A DNA stretch of 64,000 nucleotides, taken from positions 589,511-653,510 of the forward strand of contig CP129490.1 in the NCBI GenBank assembly GCA_030584085.1, written 5' to 3'. The stretch is from Melioribacteraceae bacterium (GTDB taxonomy: Bacteria; Bacteroidota; Ignavibacteria; Ignavibacteriales; Melioribacteraceae). The position numbers were made by a program, and so were the translations under genes. The notes beneath the pieces were generated by a model. It ran no database searches. It was given only the letters and a program-made list of their open reading frames with translations, and had not been told where the DNA came from. This document shows positions 9,370 through 19,338 of the stretch, piece by piece. Numbering within the stretch: position 1 is the stretch's first letter; every line of letters starts with the position of its first letter.

Positions 9370-10072
9370 CGTCTTCCGAACCTCCATTATTTGTAATTTG
9401 AGTTGGGTTAAGTATTTCGAGAATATCCGAGAGTAAGTATTCAATATTGTTTATTAAAATTTTAGTTCCATTTTCAGTGAACCTGACACCGGTTATAGAA
9501 CCATATTGAAATACATTGTTACTCACGCTTGTTTCTCCGCCATTTGTTACTTCTACTTCAAAAGTATATTTACCATTTGCTAATTTGTTACCATCATTAT
9601 CGGTAAAATCCCATGAAAGTTTATGGTCACCTTGAGTATTTCCTGCATTTTCTATCGTGCGGACTATTTTACCGTTTGCATCATAGATATTAACTTTAAC
9701 ATTAGTAGCATTTGCCGGTAAATTGTAGCCAAGACTTACAGTATTGTCACCTTTATTTTCCATTACATTGCTTTGGAATTTGACATCTTTCCCGATCAGG
9801 GTTGACATCATTGTATTGTTGATAGATTGGGACAATAAATAATTAGCATCAATACTTTCTCTCACATTGCTATTGAGGTTTGATAATTGTTCAAGTGATG
9901 TAAACTGAGCAAGTTGAGCGGCAAATTCTTGACTTTCCATGGGGCTTAACGGATCTTGATGTTTCAGTTGCTGTATCATCAATTTCATGAAATCATCTTT
10001 GCCAAGTACACCTTGTTGTTGTCCATAGACCGGAGTGTTTGTGTTGTAGTTGTTTGAAAGTATATCAATCAT
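9356..10072 (-). CDS. flgD: Flagellar hook capping/assembly protein FlgD
   Basis: 238 aa. Contains LGKDDFMKLMIQQLKHQDPLSPMESQEFAAQLAQFTSLEQL plus a C-terminal FLgD Ig-like domain. Confidence 0.95.
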   Translation of the reverse strand: MIDILSNNYNTNTPVYGQQQGVLGKDDFMKLMIQQLKHQDPLSPMESQEFAAQLAQFTSLEQLSNLNSNVRESIDANYLLSQSINNTMMSTLIGKDVKFQSNVMENKGDNTVSLGYNLPANATNVKVNIYDANGKIVRTIENAGNTQGDHKLSWDFTDNDGNKLANGKYTFEVEVTNGGETSVSNNVFQYGSITGVRFTENGTKILINNIEYLLSDILEILNPTQITNNGGSEDDATN

Positions 10073-10081
10073 AATAAGCCT

Positions 10082-12664
10082 CTATGCTATAAATTCGTAT
10101 GTGTTGTAACCTAAGGTTTTTGTTTTATTCTCTTTACTGCCTTTATCTTTGGATTCAAGTTTTTCAACATTTGTATCTTTGCGTTTTTCGCGAGCCGCTT
10201 TATTATTTTTTTGATCAGAATTCTGTAGTGAGATGTTAATAGTATTTAGTTGAAGTCCATTGCTGTTCAAACTTTCTTTAAGGAAATCAACTTGATTAGT
10301 TAACATTTCTTTTGCGGCTTGACTTTCAACTTCCAATCTTGCGTTAAGTTTGTTGTCTATAATTTCCAAAGCAATTCTAATCTTACCCAGTTTTGCCGGA
10401 GCCAGATTTATAATGGCTTTATCTTTCTTGTCAGAAATCGCCATATCGGAAATTTCATTAAGAAGTTTTTTATTTAACTCCGGTTGGAATATTTCTTTAG
10501 TTCTAACATGAACCGCTTCGTTAAAATTATTTGGTTGATTTTCTGAAATTACTTGTCGATTGCTTTGACTCAATGAAACTGGATTGTCAAGCTTAGTTGA
10601 TTGAGTATCAGTTGGTGCAGTGTTGTTTTTAGATACATTTTTATCCCTGCTGTCGGAATCGACTATTTTAGATTCTTTTCCACTATTTTCATTAGCGGGG
10701 GAATCAGCATCTTTTTGAGGTGTATCAATCTTCAATCGCATATCACTTTCATCAATATTGATTCCTGCTACTTCTTCCGGTTTTGAAGCTCGAATCTTCC
10801 CCGTTAAAGTTTCGTGTTCCGAAAATGTATTGCTTTGAGCATTTGACTGTGAACTCAAATTTATTTTCTCCAACCGCTGCTCAACTTTTTTAAATATATC
10901 TGAGATCTGATCGATTGCTTTTGTATTATTTTTTGGTTCTTTCTTCGTATCAGCAAATCTATTGTCTGAATTAATTACCTGATTTAATTTTAACGTCAAC
11001 TCTTCTTTATTGTCCAAAATACTTTCATCTATTTTAACAAAGTTTGTTTTGTTGACAGTTATAATCTTTTCAATATTCTCAACAAAATTTTTGCGAACGT
11101 TATTATTGAATTCGTCAATTTGTTTTTCTTGCTTGGGCTCTAGTTTGATTATAATTTCATTGTTTGTTTCATGCTTCTGAGCTGAATTGATTCTCTTAGT
11201 GAAAACATCATTACCTAAATTGCTATCCTCTGATATATCATTCTTATAAGAGATCTCAGAATTTGCTTCCAATTGATGTTTTGTTGAGTTTAATTTCGTA
11301 ACATCGTTATTCACAGAATGGCTTGATACTAATTTCCCGTCATTATCATTTAGCTTATTTGTGTTATGTAATGGGAGGTTCTCAATCTTAACATCGTTCT
11401 CTGATTTTATATCACCTTCAATTGTGCTTAATGGTTTGGAATCTACACGTAAATCTTTTTGATTATTAACTTGAGTGCTTTCGCCATTTAAATTTATTTT
11501 CATCGAAGCTTCTTCATTTCTTACAATCGGGCTATCATTCTTAGTAATTTTTGTTTGATTCTCGGATTTGGTTGAGGCGTCATCATTAATCTTTGTATTT
11601 GTTTCTGCTTTCTGATTTGTTGTTTTCGAATTTGCTGCTTCACTCTTTATTGCTGAGTCAAAGACTTTTTTCTGTTCAACCTCTGTAGAATTAATTCCTT
11701 TATTTAAAGAGTTTTTTTCAAGTTCTTTTACAGTTGAAAGATCAATTCCCTTATGCGATGGATTTTGATTTTCGCTTTGGGTTAGAGGTTTTTCTTGAAC
11801 TAAATTTATCTTTTGGTCAATATTTTTACCCGGACTATCTTTTTCGCTAGTCTGGAGGGATTCGATAATCTTTGAGTTGTTATTTTGTTGTGTATCCTTA
11901 TTTTTAATAAGTTTATTATCAACTGTTGGTTTAGAATTATCAGTTGGTCTAATATCCGGATTTTCTTCTTTCGCATTGATTTTCGAAATAAACTTCTCCA
12001 ATGAAGATTCTTGTAACTCAATACTTTTTGACTGAGTTAAGGTTAATGAATACAGTGTTTCATTAAATTTACCGGATTTCATTCCGATCGATTCTTGAGG
12101 AACCTTGTCAACACTTAGTGTGAGTAGGTTTTCGGAATTGTTTTGTAGAATATGAAATGTAAGTGGTTTATCAGAAAGTAAAAGTGAAGCTATATGTGCT
12201 GATAAATTTGATTCGTTAGATAAATCTTGTTCCGTTTCGCCGGGAAGGTCTTTGGGTAATACAATTTCTAGTTTAAATTCTTCTTCTAATTTTTTAAGAG
12301 CTTCGGTGATTAATTCAGTAACTTCTTTGGGTGAACCGGAAATAATACTTGATTCTTTAAATAAGGCATTTGATATATCATCTAAACCAATTTGATTGAC
12401 TGCACTTGAGATATTCAACTCATTCAATAATAAGTTGAGTTTATTATCAAGCTTAATTCCAGCATCTCCGGGAGAATTTATAAGCCCTTTAATATCACTT
12501 AAAATATTTGATAGAATAGAAGTAGAGTTGAATGATCTTTCTGCAGAAAAGTTTTTAGCGACATTAATTATATCTTTAAAAAGATATGTACTATTAGTCT
12601 TCCCAAAACCAACCGGGTTTATCTGCTTAGTGTCAGAATCTATGAACAATGGATTAAATATCAT
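10082..12664 (-). CDS. fliK: Flagellar hook-length control protein FliK, unusually long
   Basis: 860 aa. C-terminal Flg_hook-type domain (INLAPAKLGKIRIALEIIDNKLNARLEVESQAAKEMLTNQVDFLKESLNSNGLQLNTINISLQ). Long N/K/S/E/T-rich low-complexity centre. Position is fliJ-ylxF-fliK-flgD. Confidence 0.85.
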   Translation of the reverse strand: MIFNPLFIDSDTKQINPVGFGKTNSTYLFKDIINVAKNFSAERSFNSTSILSNILSDIKGLINSPGDAGIKLDNKLNLLLNELNISSAVNQIGLDDISNALFKESSIISGSPKEVTELITEALKKLEEEFKLEIVLPKDLPGETEQDLSNESNLSAHIASLLLSDKPLTFHILQNNSENLLTLSVDKVPQESIGMKSGKFNETLYSLTLTQSKSIELQESSLEKFISKINAKEENPDIRPTDNSKPTVDNKLIKNKDTQQNNNSKIIESLQTSEKDSPGKNIDQKINLVQEKPLTQSENQNPSHKGIDLSTVKELEKNSLNKGINSTEVEQKKVFDSAIKSEAANSKTTNQKAETNTKINDDASTKSENQTKITKNDSPIVRNEEASMKINLNGESTQVNNQKDLRVDSKPLSTIEGDIKSENDVKIENLPLHNTNKLNDNDGKLVSSHSVNNDVTKLNSTKHQLEANSEISYKNDISEDSNLGNDVFTKRINSAQKHETNNEIIIKLEPKQEKQIDEFNNNVRKNFVENIEKIITVNKTNFVKIDESILDNKEELTLKLNQVINSDNRFADTKKEPKNNTKAIDQISDIFKKVEQRLEKINLSSQSNAQSNTFSEHETLTGKIRASKPEEVAGINIDESDMRLKIDTPQKDADSPANENSGKESKIVDSDSRDKNVSKNNTAPTDTQSTKLDNPVSLSQSNRQVISENQPNNFNEAVHVRTKEIFQPELNKKLLNEISDMAISDKKDKAIINLAPAKLGKIRIALEIIDNKLNARLEVESQAAKEMLTNQVDFLKESLNSNGLQLNTINISLQNSDQKNNKAAREKRKDTNVEKLESKDKGSKENKTKTLGYNTYEFIA

Positions 12665-13251
12665 ATTTGTGATTTGGTTATTCTATTAACAAAATTGGGA
12701 TCTAAATGTGACAATATTGCTGCTGCTTTGCTTTGTTTCATTTTGTATATAAGTTCTCTTGCTTCATTATCGGAATAATTTTGGATTACTTTAGCAGCAT
12801 TTTTTGGGTTCATGGATTCAATTAGTTTTGCTGTCTTTTTAGCCCACTGTTCATCAATAATATTTTTATTAACAATCACATTATTCGTTGTATCTTTTTG
12901 TATAGCTTGTGTTCTTAATGTGCTTAATTCATTTTGCAATTTTTTTATACTGTCGGCTAACGCGGCATCTTTTAAAATTTCCTGATAAACTGTGTCAATC
13001 TTTACAAGAGTATTGGCTTTAATTGAATCTAAAAATTTTGATCGGAATTCGTTATCGAAGTAATCTTTTATGTATTCAAAGTTTTGTTTGTCAACCTCAG
13101 ATACAAATTCATGTGGATCGGGGGGAAGAACAACCTCGCTAAAATCAAATTCGAATATATTATTGTATATTGAATTCAACTGTATAATTGCAATTGTTAC
13201 AATTATAAATGCTGTCATAAAAGAAGTAATATAGATCAGTTTATTTTTCAC
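12661..13251 (-). CDS. YlxF/MotE-like flagellar protein with an MgtE_N-like helical domain
   Basis: 196 aa, N-terminal TM helix. C-terminal part is AKLIESMNPKNAAKVIQNYSDNEARELIYKMKQSKAAAILSHLDP. Same position as B. subtilis ylxF. Confidence 0.6.
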   Translation of the reverse strand: MKNKLIYITSFMTAFIIVTIAIIQLNSIYNNIFEFDFSEVVLPPDPHEFVSEVDKQNFEYIKDYFDNEFRSKFLDSIKANTLVKIDTVYQEILKDAALADSIKKLQNELSTLRTQAIQKDTTNNVIVNKNIIDEQWAKKTAKLIESMNPKNAAKVIQNYSDNEARELIYKMKQSKAAAILSHLDPNFVNRITKSQI

Positions 13252-13679
13252 TTTTCTTTTCTGTTAAATTTTTGGTTTGCTATTTCATCAATAAATTTCA
13301 TTTCTAACTTTGTTTGCTCTTTTGTGAACTCGTCCAAATGTTTTTCTTTTAGTCGCTCGAAAACTTTATGATCTTTATGATGTTCAACTAATTGTGCTAA
13401 CTTATGTTTTGACTCATCCTCGAGAATTGCTAATTCCTTTTCTTTTAATTCCATCTTTCTAATTAAAGCTTCTCTATAGCTGGCTCTAAAAATCATTTCT
13501 TGGGGAGTCATTTTAGCTTGCTCTGTGAAAGATTCTTCTAAATTATTCTTGATCTCATTAATTTCATCTTTTTTTGCATCAACAACTTTTCTACTGAGAG
13601 CATATTCCTTTTCGGAATTTTTTTTGATCTTTTCTTTAATATCTTCAATTGCTTGAAATTTATACTGGAATCTGCTCAT
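13248..13679 (-). CDS. fliJ: Flagellar export chaperone/stalk protein FliJ
   Basis: 143 aa, highly charged coiled coil, directly downstream of fliI. Confidence 0.8.
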   Translation of the reverse strand: MSRFQYKFQAIEDIKEKIKKNSEKEYALSRKVVDAKKDEINEIKNNLEESFTEQAKMTPQEMIFRASYREALIRKMELKEKELAILEDESKHKLAQLVEHHKDHKVFERLKEKHLDEFTKEQTKLEMKFIDEIANQKFNRKEK

Positions 13680-13681
13680 GA

Positions 13682-15013
13682 CTAACCTATTGGTTGCTCT
13701 ATAATTTTATTTAGCCGTTCTAATGTATCTTTATAATATGCAGTCTCAGTCATATCTTGTTTTAAAAATGTTCTTAGAGCTAAAATTTTTGAAAGTGCGT
13801 GATCGATTTGCGGATTACTTCCTTTAACATAAGCTCCTATATTAATCAGGTCTTCTGCTTCGTTGTAAGTTGATAGAATTTCATTAAAAACCATTGCACG
13901 TTCTCGATGATCAGCAGAAACTAGATCGGGCATTACTCGGCTTACACTTTGCAAAGGATCGATTGCCGGGTATTGTCCTTTGTTTGCAAGTTTACGTGAA
14001 AGTACTATATGTCCGTCTAAAATTGATCTTACGGCATCGGCAATTGGTTCGGTCATATCGTCGCCATCTACTAAAACAGTATATAAACCTGTTATAGAAC
14101 CGTTTGATTTATTTCCGGCGCGTTCAAGCAGTTTTGGTAATATTGCAAAAACCGAGGGTGTATAACCTTTTGTAGTTGGAGGTTCACCAATTGTTAACCC
14201 AATTTCTCTTTGTGCCATTGCAAAACGAGTTACCGAATCCATCATCAACACAACATCAGAACCTTTATCCCTAAAATATTCAGCGATAGTCGTTCCGATC
14301 AGTGCACCTTTCATTCTTATTAATGCTGATTGATCACTTGTAGCAACAACAATAACGGATCTTTTCAATCCGTCAGTACCTAAATCTTTTTCAATAAACT
14401 CTCTAACTTCTCTTCCGCGTTCTCCGATTAAAGTTATAACATTAACATCGGCATTAGTATTTCTTGCAATCATGCCAAGAGTAACGCTTTTCCCGACACC
14501 ACTTCCGGCAAATATACCTATGCGCTGTCCTTTGCCAACTGTTAGTAATCCATCAATTGTTCTTATACCGGTTTGAAGAGGTACTTCGATTCGTTTTCTC
14601 TCTAAAGGATTTGGCGGAAGCTGAAAAACTTCTCTATATGTTGAAGCTACAATCGGTCCTTTCCCATCAATTGGACGGCCTAAACCGTCTATAACTCTTC
14701 CTAGTAAACTTTCGTCAACAGGTATTTTAAAGTTTTCACCGGTTGATCTAATCTCACAACTTGGGGAAATACTATGAACTTCACCAAGCGCAATTGATAA
14801 AACCTTACCTTCTTTGAATCCAACAACTTCTGATTTGCAAATTTCTACTCCGTTTCGATCTACAATTGAACAAATTTCACCTAGCGCAACATTCGGTCCG
14901 TTGGATACAATAACTAAACCGATTACATCTTTAACTTTGCCATGAACTTTGATAGTCTCTAGTTCATCAAGAGTTGTATGAAAATTATCCAATATGGTAT
15001 TTAATGAGGTCAT
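13682..15013 (-). CDS. fliI: Flagellum-specific ATPase FliI
   Basis: 443 aa. Walker A is GSGVGKS. F1/T3SS ATPase-like throughout. Confidence 0.97.
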   Translation of the reverse strand: MTSLNTILDNFHTTLDELETIKVHGKVKDVIGLVIVSNGPNVALGEICSIVDRNGVEICKSEVVGFKEGKVLSIALGEVHSISPSCEIRSTGENFKIPVDESLLGRVIDGLGRPIDGKGPIVASTYREVFQLPPNPLERKRIEVPLQTGIRTIDGLLTVGKGQRIGIFAGSGVGKSVTLGMIARNTNADVNVITLIGERGREVREFIEKDLGTDGLKRSVIVVATSDQSALIRMKGALIGTTIAEYFRDKGSDVVLMMDSVTRFAMAQREIGLTIGEPPTTKGYTPSVFAILPKLLERAGNKSNGSITGLYTVLVDGDDMTEPIADAVRSILDGHIVLSRKLANKGQYPAIDPLQSVSRVMPDLVSADHRERAMVFNEILSTYNEAEDLINIGAYVKGSNPQIDHALSKILALRTFLKQDMTETAYYKDTLERLNKIIEQPIG

Positions 15014-15639
15014 TATTCTTCAACACTTGGTAGATTGCCGATTGCTTTTTTAATTTCATTTAACTGAGAGGAAATTTGCCCATCAATATTTCCAATATCG
15101 CTTTCAATGATAAAGCCACCTTTTTCAATACGTGGATCTTCTTCAAACTTTATTTTTGAATAATTACCTTCTGCAAATGCGTTATGTGAATTTTCTTTAA
15201 GAAGTTGCAGCTCTTCGGGATTTGTTTTTATGACTAAATAATTAGCGCCTATCATTTTTTGAGCAATTGAATTTATATTTTCTATCAAAGGTGAATTTTT
15301 CTCAATCTCTTGTTTCAATATTTTCTTTGACATAGATAAGGCAACAGTAATTACCATTTCAGAAAACTTTGCCTCATAGTGTTCCATCTCGTCATTTATT
15401 TTTGAGATGAGATCAGTTAAATATTTTTTCTCCTCAGAAATTTGCTTCTCATATTTTTCAGCATACTTCTTTTCCAAATCATTCACGGCAGTTTGATAAC
15501 CATTATCAAATTCTTTTTTCAACTTTTCAGCAAGACGCTCTTCGTCAGAATTGAAATCTGAATATAATTCTTCAACTCCGGATGCCACTTTAAGTTGAAT
15601 CTTTCTCGAATTATTTTGAAGTTTTATAACATTAGACAT
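15013..15639 (-). CDS. fliH: Flagellar assembly protein FliH
   Basis: 208 aa, charged coiled-coil N-terminal half, located between fliG and fliI. Confidence 0.8.
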   Translation of the reverse strand: MSNVIKLQNNSRKIQLKVASGVEELYSDFNSDEERLAEKLKKEFDNGYQTAVNDLEKKYAEKYEKQISEEKKYLTDLISKINDEMEHYEAKFSEMVITVALSMSKKILKQEIEKNSPLIENINSIAQKMIGANYLVIKTNPEELQLLKENSHNAFAEGNYSKIKFEEDPRIEKGGFIIESDIGNIDGQISSQLNEIKKAIGNLPSVEE

Positions 15640-16657
15640 AAACTTCTTCTCTGCTTCCTCTCATGTTTAAGGAAATTTCACCATCTTCTTCTAATCTTTT
15701 AACAACATCAATAATATTTGCTTGTGCGCCTTCAACTTCTTTTAGTTTTACCATGCCCATATATTGTAACTCTTCTTTAAGCAAGCTTGATGCTCGTTCG
15801 GACATATTTGAATAAATCTTATTTTTGAGTTTTTCATCAGCAATTTTTAAAGCAAGCACTAATTCTTTCCTGTCAACTTCGCGAAGTATTTTTTGCAAAT
15901 CTTTATCTTGAATATTTATTAAGTCATCGAACATGAACATAAGTCGTTTAATTTCCATGCCAACATCGGGATCTTTCTCGGCGATTTTATCTAATAGATC
16001 CTTACTTAAACTCACATTAGTTCTATTTAAGATTTGAGCTAAACTCTTAGTTCCGCCAATTTTTCCCATTGATTGGCTGATTGTTAATCCAGCCATATCA
16101 TCAACAACTTTTTCAATTCGCTTTAATGTTTGTGGTGAAATTTTTCCAAGTGTAGCGATGCGGTATGAGACTTCTACTCTCAAATCATCCGGCAGTTCAC
16201 GCAGAGCTGCGGCGGTTTGATCCGGACTTAAATGTGACAGTATCAAAGCGATTGTTTGAGGATGTTCTTTATTTAAGAAATTTACAAGCTGAGCGGAGTC
16301 TGCTTTTTTCAAAACATCAAATCCTCTAAGTGTTGTAAGGTTTTGAACTTTTTCCATTATTTCTTGAGCTTTACTAACACCGAATGATTTTTCCAATACA
16401 GCTTGAGCATATTCCAAACCGCCTTCAAGAACATATTCCCGTGCAGTAACCATATTGTAGAATTCTTCAAGTACTTGATCAACAGTAGCTGAGGGAGTAT
16501 TTCGAACGCGCGTTATTTCTGCAGAGATTTGTTCAACTTCGTTTGTATCTAAATATTGAAATACATCCGCGGCAGTATCAACATCTAATGCAATTAAAAG
16601 TATTGCAGCTTTTTGCGCACCCGATAAATTACTTTTCATTATTAAACTATTTGCCAT
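15632..16657 (-). CDS. fliG: Flagellar motor switch protein FliG
   Basis: 341 aa. Contains LSGAQKAAILLIALD and the C-terminal torque-helix region EVEGAQANIIDVVKRLEEDGEI. Confidence 0.97.
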   Translation of the reverse strand: MANSLIMKSNLSGAQKAAILLIALDVDTAADVFQYLDTNEVEQISAEITRVRNTPSATVDQVLEEFYNMVTAREYVLEGGLEYAQAVLEKSFGVSKAQEIMEKVQNLTTLRGFDVLKKADSAQLVNFLNKEHPQTIALILSHLSPDQTAAALRELPDDLRVEVSYRIATLGKISPQTLKRIEKVVDDMAGLTISQSMGKIGGTKSLAQILNRTNVSLSKDLLDKIAEKDPDVGMEIKRLMFMFDDLINIQDKDLQKILREVDRKELVLALKIADEKLKNKIYSNMSERASSLLKEELQYMGMVKLKEVEGAQANIIDVVKRLEEDGEISLNMRGSREEVYV

Positions 16658-16670
16658 AACTCAACTCTTC

Positions 16671-18278
16671 CTATACTTCAGCTTCTTCATGAAGCCATGA
16701 ATTAATTAGCTTAGCCGCATCAATAGGATTTTTAGAAACATAGTTAGCTATTTTGTCTTGCTGATTTTTCTTTAAAGCAGCTTCATCAGAAATTTCATCT
16801 TCAAGATCTCCGATAGGGAGGAGTTCTCTTTTTCTCGGAGCATTTAATGTTTTGGATTGTGATGATGCCGCATTTAATCTGTCCATAGATCCTCCCGTAC
16901 CGGCATAAGCCAATTCAGCAGGATTGACCGTGCCTATTAATATTTTTTCCTTTTTGATCTTTGACATCAAACTTCTTATAACTAATAACGATGTAATAAT
17001 TCCCACTAATACCATTACAATGTTTATAATCTGGTCCATATTATTAAAATCAAATGTCCCGGGTGTGCTAAACTCTTCATTGTTTAACGGATCTGAAATA
17101 TTTGTTTCAAATGGGATGTTAACCAAAGAGAAATTATCATTGCGATTGATATCATATCCTACACTGTTCTTGATAATTTGTTCAAGTTTTACAAGTTGAT
17201 CTTGCGGACGAGGTTCGTATATTATTGTTGAGCTGCCTTTTTCTACAATCGTTTTTGGTACTTCATTTACAACCGCGGCAACAGTAAGTTTTTTAATAGC
17301 TCCGCTGCCTTGAATTACTCTTTGAATGGTTTTACTAATTTCATAGTTAACGGTTGTATTCTCACTTACTTGGGCTGAGGAATCAACCATGTTCGAACCG
17401 ATATTTTCAGTTTTAGTTGTCTGCTCACTAATTGCAATTTGAGAATCGGGATCGTAAGTCTCCATGGTTTTTTCGACTTGATCAAAGTCTAACTCTATAT
17501 CAACTTGCACCATCGAGTTACCGAAGCCAACAACATTATCTAATAAAGTTTGAGCTTTTTGTGATAAATAATTTTCTATACTTTGTTTTAATTCATACTG
17601 CTTTGAAGTCGATATACCAAATCCATCTGTCCCATGATCTTTAGAAAGTAGTCTTCCTTGTGTATCCATTAAGGAAACTCTGTTTGTTTGAAGACCTTCG
17701 ACACTGCTGGAGACGAAATTCAAAATTGCTGTAATGCTTTCCTTATCAAGATTTGCACCTTGTTTAAGCTTAACTACAATTGACGCTGTAGGAGATTTTT
17801 GTTCTGATTTAAATACACTTTTTTCCGGAACAACAATGTGAACTCTTGCACTTTCAATTCCATTATGTTGAATTATAGTTCGTGCGAGTTCACCTTCAAG
17901 TGCGCGTTTATAGTTTAAGCGCTGGATAAATTCGGACATCCCAAGCGTACTATTATCAAAAATTTCATATCCAACAATACCACTGCTGGGTATTCCTTTT
18001 GCAGCCATATTAAGTCTTATCTCATGAACGCTTTCTGTGGGGACTTGAATTGTTTTGCCGCCGCTTTCTAACTTATAAGGGATTTTATCATTGTTTAGTT
18101 GATCTACAATTTTTGCAGCATCTTCTTCGTGAATGTTTGTATATAAAGTGGAATAACTTGGTTGATTAAGTAATCCAAAAAGAACAAACATTAATACTAT
18201 TGTTCCAACAACAGCAACGCCGAGAACAATTTTTTGCTGCGGCGCTAGTTTATTAAAAATTCCAAGTATATCACTCAT
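16671..18278 (-). CDS. fliF: Flagellar MS-ring protein FliF
   Basis: 535 aa, N- and C-terminal TM helices, YscJ/FliF-type periplasmic domains. Confidence 0.95.
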   Translation of the reverse strand: MSDILGIFNKLAPQQKIVLGVAVVGTIVLMFVLFGLLNQPSYSTLYTNIHEEDAAKIVDQLNNDKIPYKLESGGKTIQVPTESVHEIRLNMAAKGIPSSGIVGYEIFDNSTLGMSEFIQRLNYKRALEGELARTIIQHNGIESARVHIVVPEKSVFKSEQKSPTASIVVKLKQGANLDKESITAILNFVSSSVEGLQTNRVSLMDTQGRLLSKDHGTDGFGISTSKQYELKQSIENYLSQKAQTLLDNVVGFGNSMVQVDIELDFDQVEKTMETYDPDSQIAISEQTTKTENIGSNMVDSSAQVSENTTVNYEISKTIQRVIQGSGAIKKLTVAAVVNEVPKTIVEKGSSTIIYEPRPQDQLVKLEQIIKNSVGYDINRNDNFSLVNIPFETNISDPLNNEEFSTPGTFDFNNMDQIINIVMVLVGIITSLLVIRSLMSKIKKEKILIGTVNPAELAYAGTGGSMDRLNAASSQSKTLNAPRKRELLPIGDLEDEISDEAALKKNQQDKIANYVSKNPIDAAKLINSWLHEEAEV

Positions 18279-18299
18279 TCTGCATTACTCTTATCATTA

Positions 18300-18590
18300 T
18301 TAGATTTGCATCTTGCTTAATTCATTAAATGTATCTAATGCTTTGTTTCTTATTTCGGTCAAAAGCATCATATCGGTTTTAGCTTTTTCAGCGGCTATCA
18401 TTACTTCATGAATTTCTACATCTCCGCCAAGAATAAAATCTTGTGTTATTTGATTTGATGCGGCACCGCTCTCTTTAACTTGATCGATGAAAGAACCGAG
18501 AATATTTTCGAATTTTGCATCGGGCTGTTTCTTCTCAACTTGTAATTGAGGATTAATTTTTATCTGATTTATTATTCCTTCTATCTTCAT
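18300..18590 (-). CDS. fliE: Flagellar hook-basal body protein FliE
   Basis: The track ORF begins at a TTG (18611). ATG 18590 (MKIEGIINQIK) lies 4 nt after the upstream stop. The C-terminus (VMIAAEKAKTDMMLLTEIRNKALDTFNELSKMQI) is FliE-like. Confidence 0.85.
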   Translation of the reverse strand: MKIEGIINQIKINPQLQVEKKQPDAKFENILGSFIDQVKESGAASNQITQDFILGGDVEIHEVMIAAEKAKTDMMLLTEIRNKALDTFNELSKMQI

Positions 18591-18594
18591 CTTC

Positions 18595-18834
18595 TTACAT
18601 CCTTCTATCAAAATTCTTACCTACAGCAACACCGGCCATTTCACCTTTTTTGCTATAGAAGTGATAGTTAATTATTTCATCTTTTTGTGCTGGATATAGC
18701 TTTGTGAAAAATTCTTTTTCTCTGTTTGAGACTGAAGCCGCAGTTGATATGTCTTTAGCGGCAGTCTTCTGCTGTACTTTTGCAGTTAAATTACTGAGTG
18801 TATAGTTGCCAATATTGTTGGTTGTAATTTTCAT
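18595..18834 (-). CDS. Hypothetical 79-aa protein inserted between flgC and fliE
   Basis: ATG lies 4 nt after the flgC stop, and its own stop lies 4 nt before the fliE ATG. I recognise no family. Confidence 0.5.
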   Translation of the reverse strand: MKITTNNIGNYTLSNLTAKVQQKTAAKDISTAASVSNREKEFFTKLYPAQKDEIINYHFYSKKGEMAGVAVGKNFDRRM

Positions 18835-18838
18835 TTAA

Positions 18839-19336
18839 CTATATCTCCAATGCATCTTTTATCATTTCTTTGGAAGCATTTAGAGCTTTTAAGTTTGCTT
18901 CATAGTTTCGAGTAGCTTCAATCATCTCAACCATTTCATTGATGATGTTAACATTAGAAGATTCTACGTACCCATTTTGATCCGCATCCGGATGATTCGG
19001 CATAAAGATTAATTCACCGATTGATGAATCTTCTAGGATTTCTGCGTTTACTGGTTTAGAAGTTTTATTAAAGACGGACATATTATTAGTTGGGTTCATA
19101 ATATGCTCCTTTTTAGTTGTTAGTAATTTTGCTGTTGATTGAGGTGTCGATAAAATTTTATTATCATTTGTGACTTCGGAAATCTTCATGAATTTGCGTT
19201 TGTATGGTTGTCCATTTTCCATTCTTGTTGCATCTGCATTTGCAATGTTTTTTGCAATCACATCCATTTTCTTTCTTTGTAAACTCAACCCTTTTGAGCT
19301 AAGGTCAAAGCTGCTGAAATTGCCTCCTACTTTCAT
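18839..19336 (-). CDS. flgC: Flagellar proximal rod protein FlgC
   Basis: 165 aa. Contains LSLQRKKMDVIAKNIANADATR, with C-terminal NVNIINEMVEMIEATRNYEANLKAL. Confidence 0.95.
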   Translation of the reverse strand: MKVGGNFSSFDLSSKGLSLQRKKMDVIAKNIANADATRMENGQPYKRKFMKISEVTNDNKILSTPQSTAKLLTTKKEHIMNPTNNMSVFNKTSKPVNAEILEDSSIGELIFMPNHPDADQNGYVESSNVNIINEMVEMIEATRNYEANLKALNASKEMIKDALEI

Positions 19337-19338
19337 CC

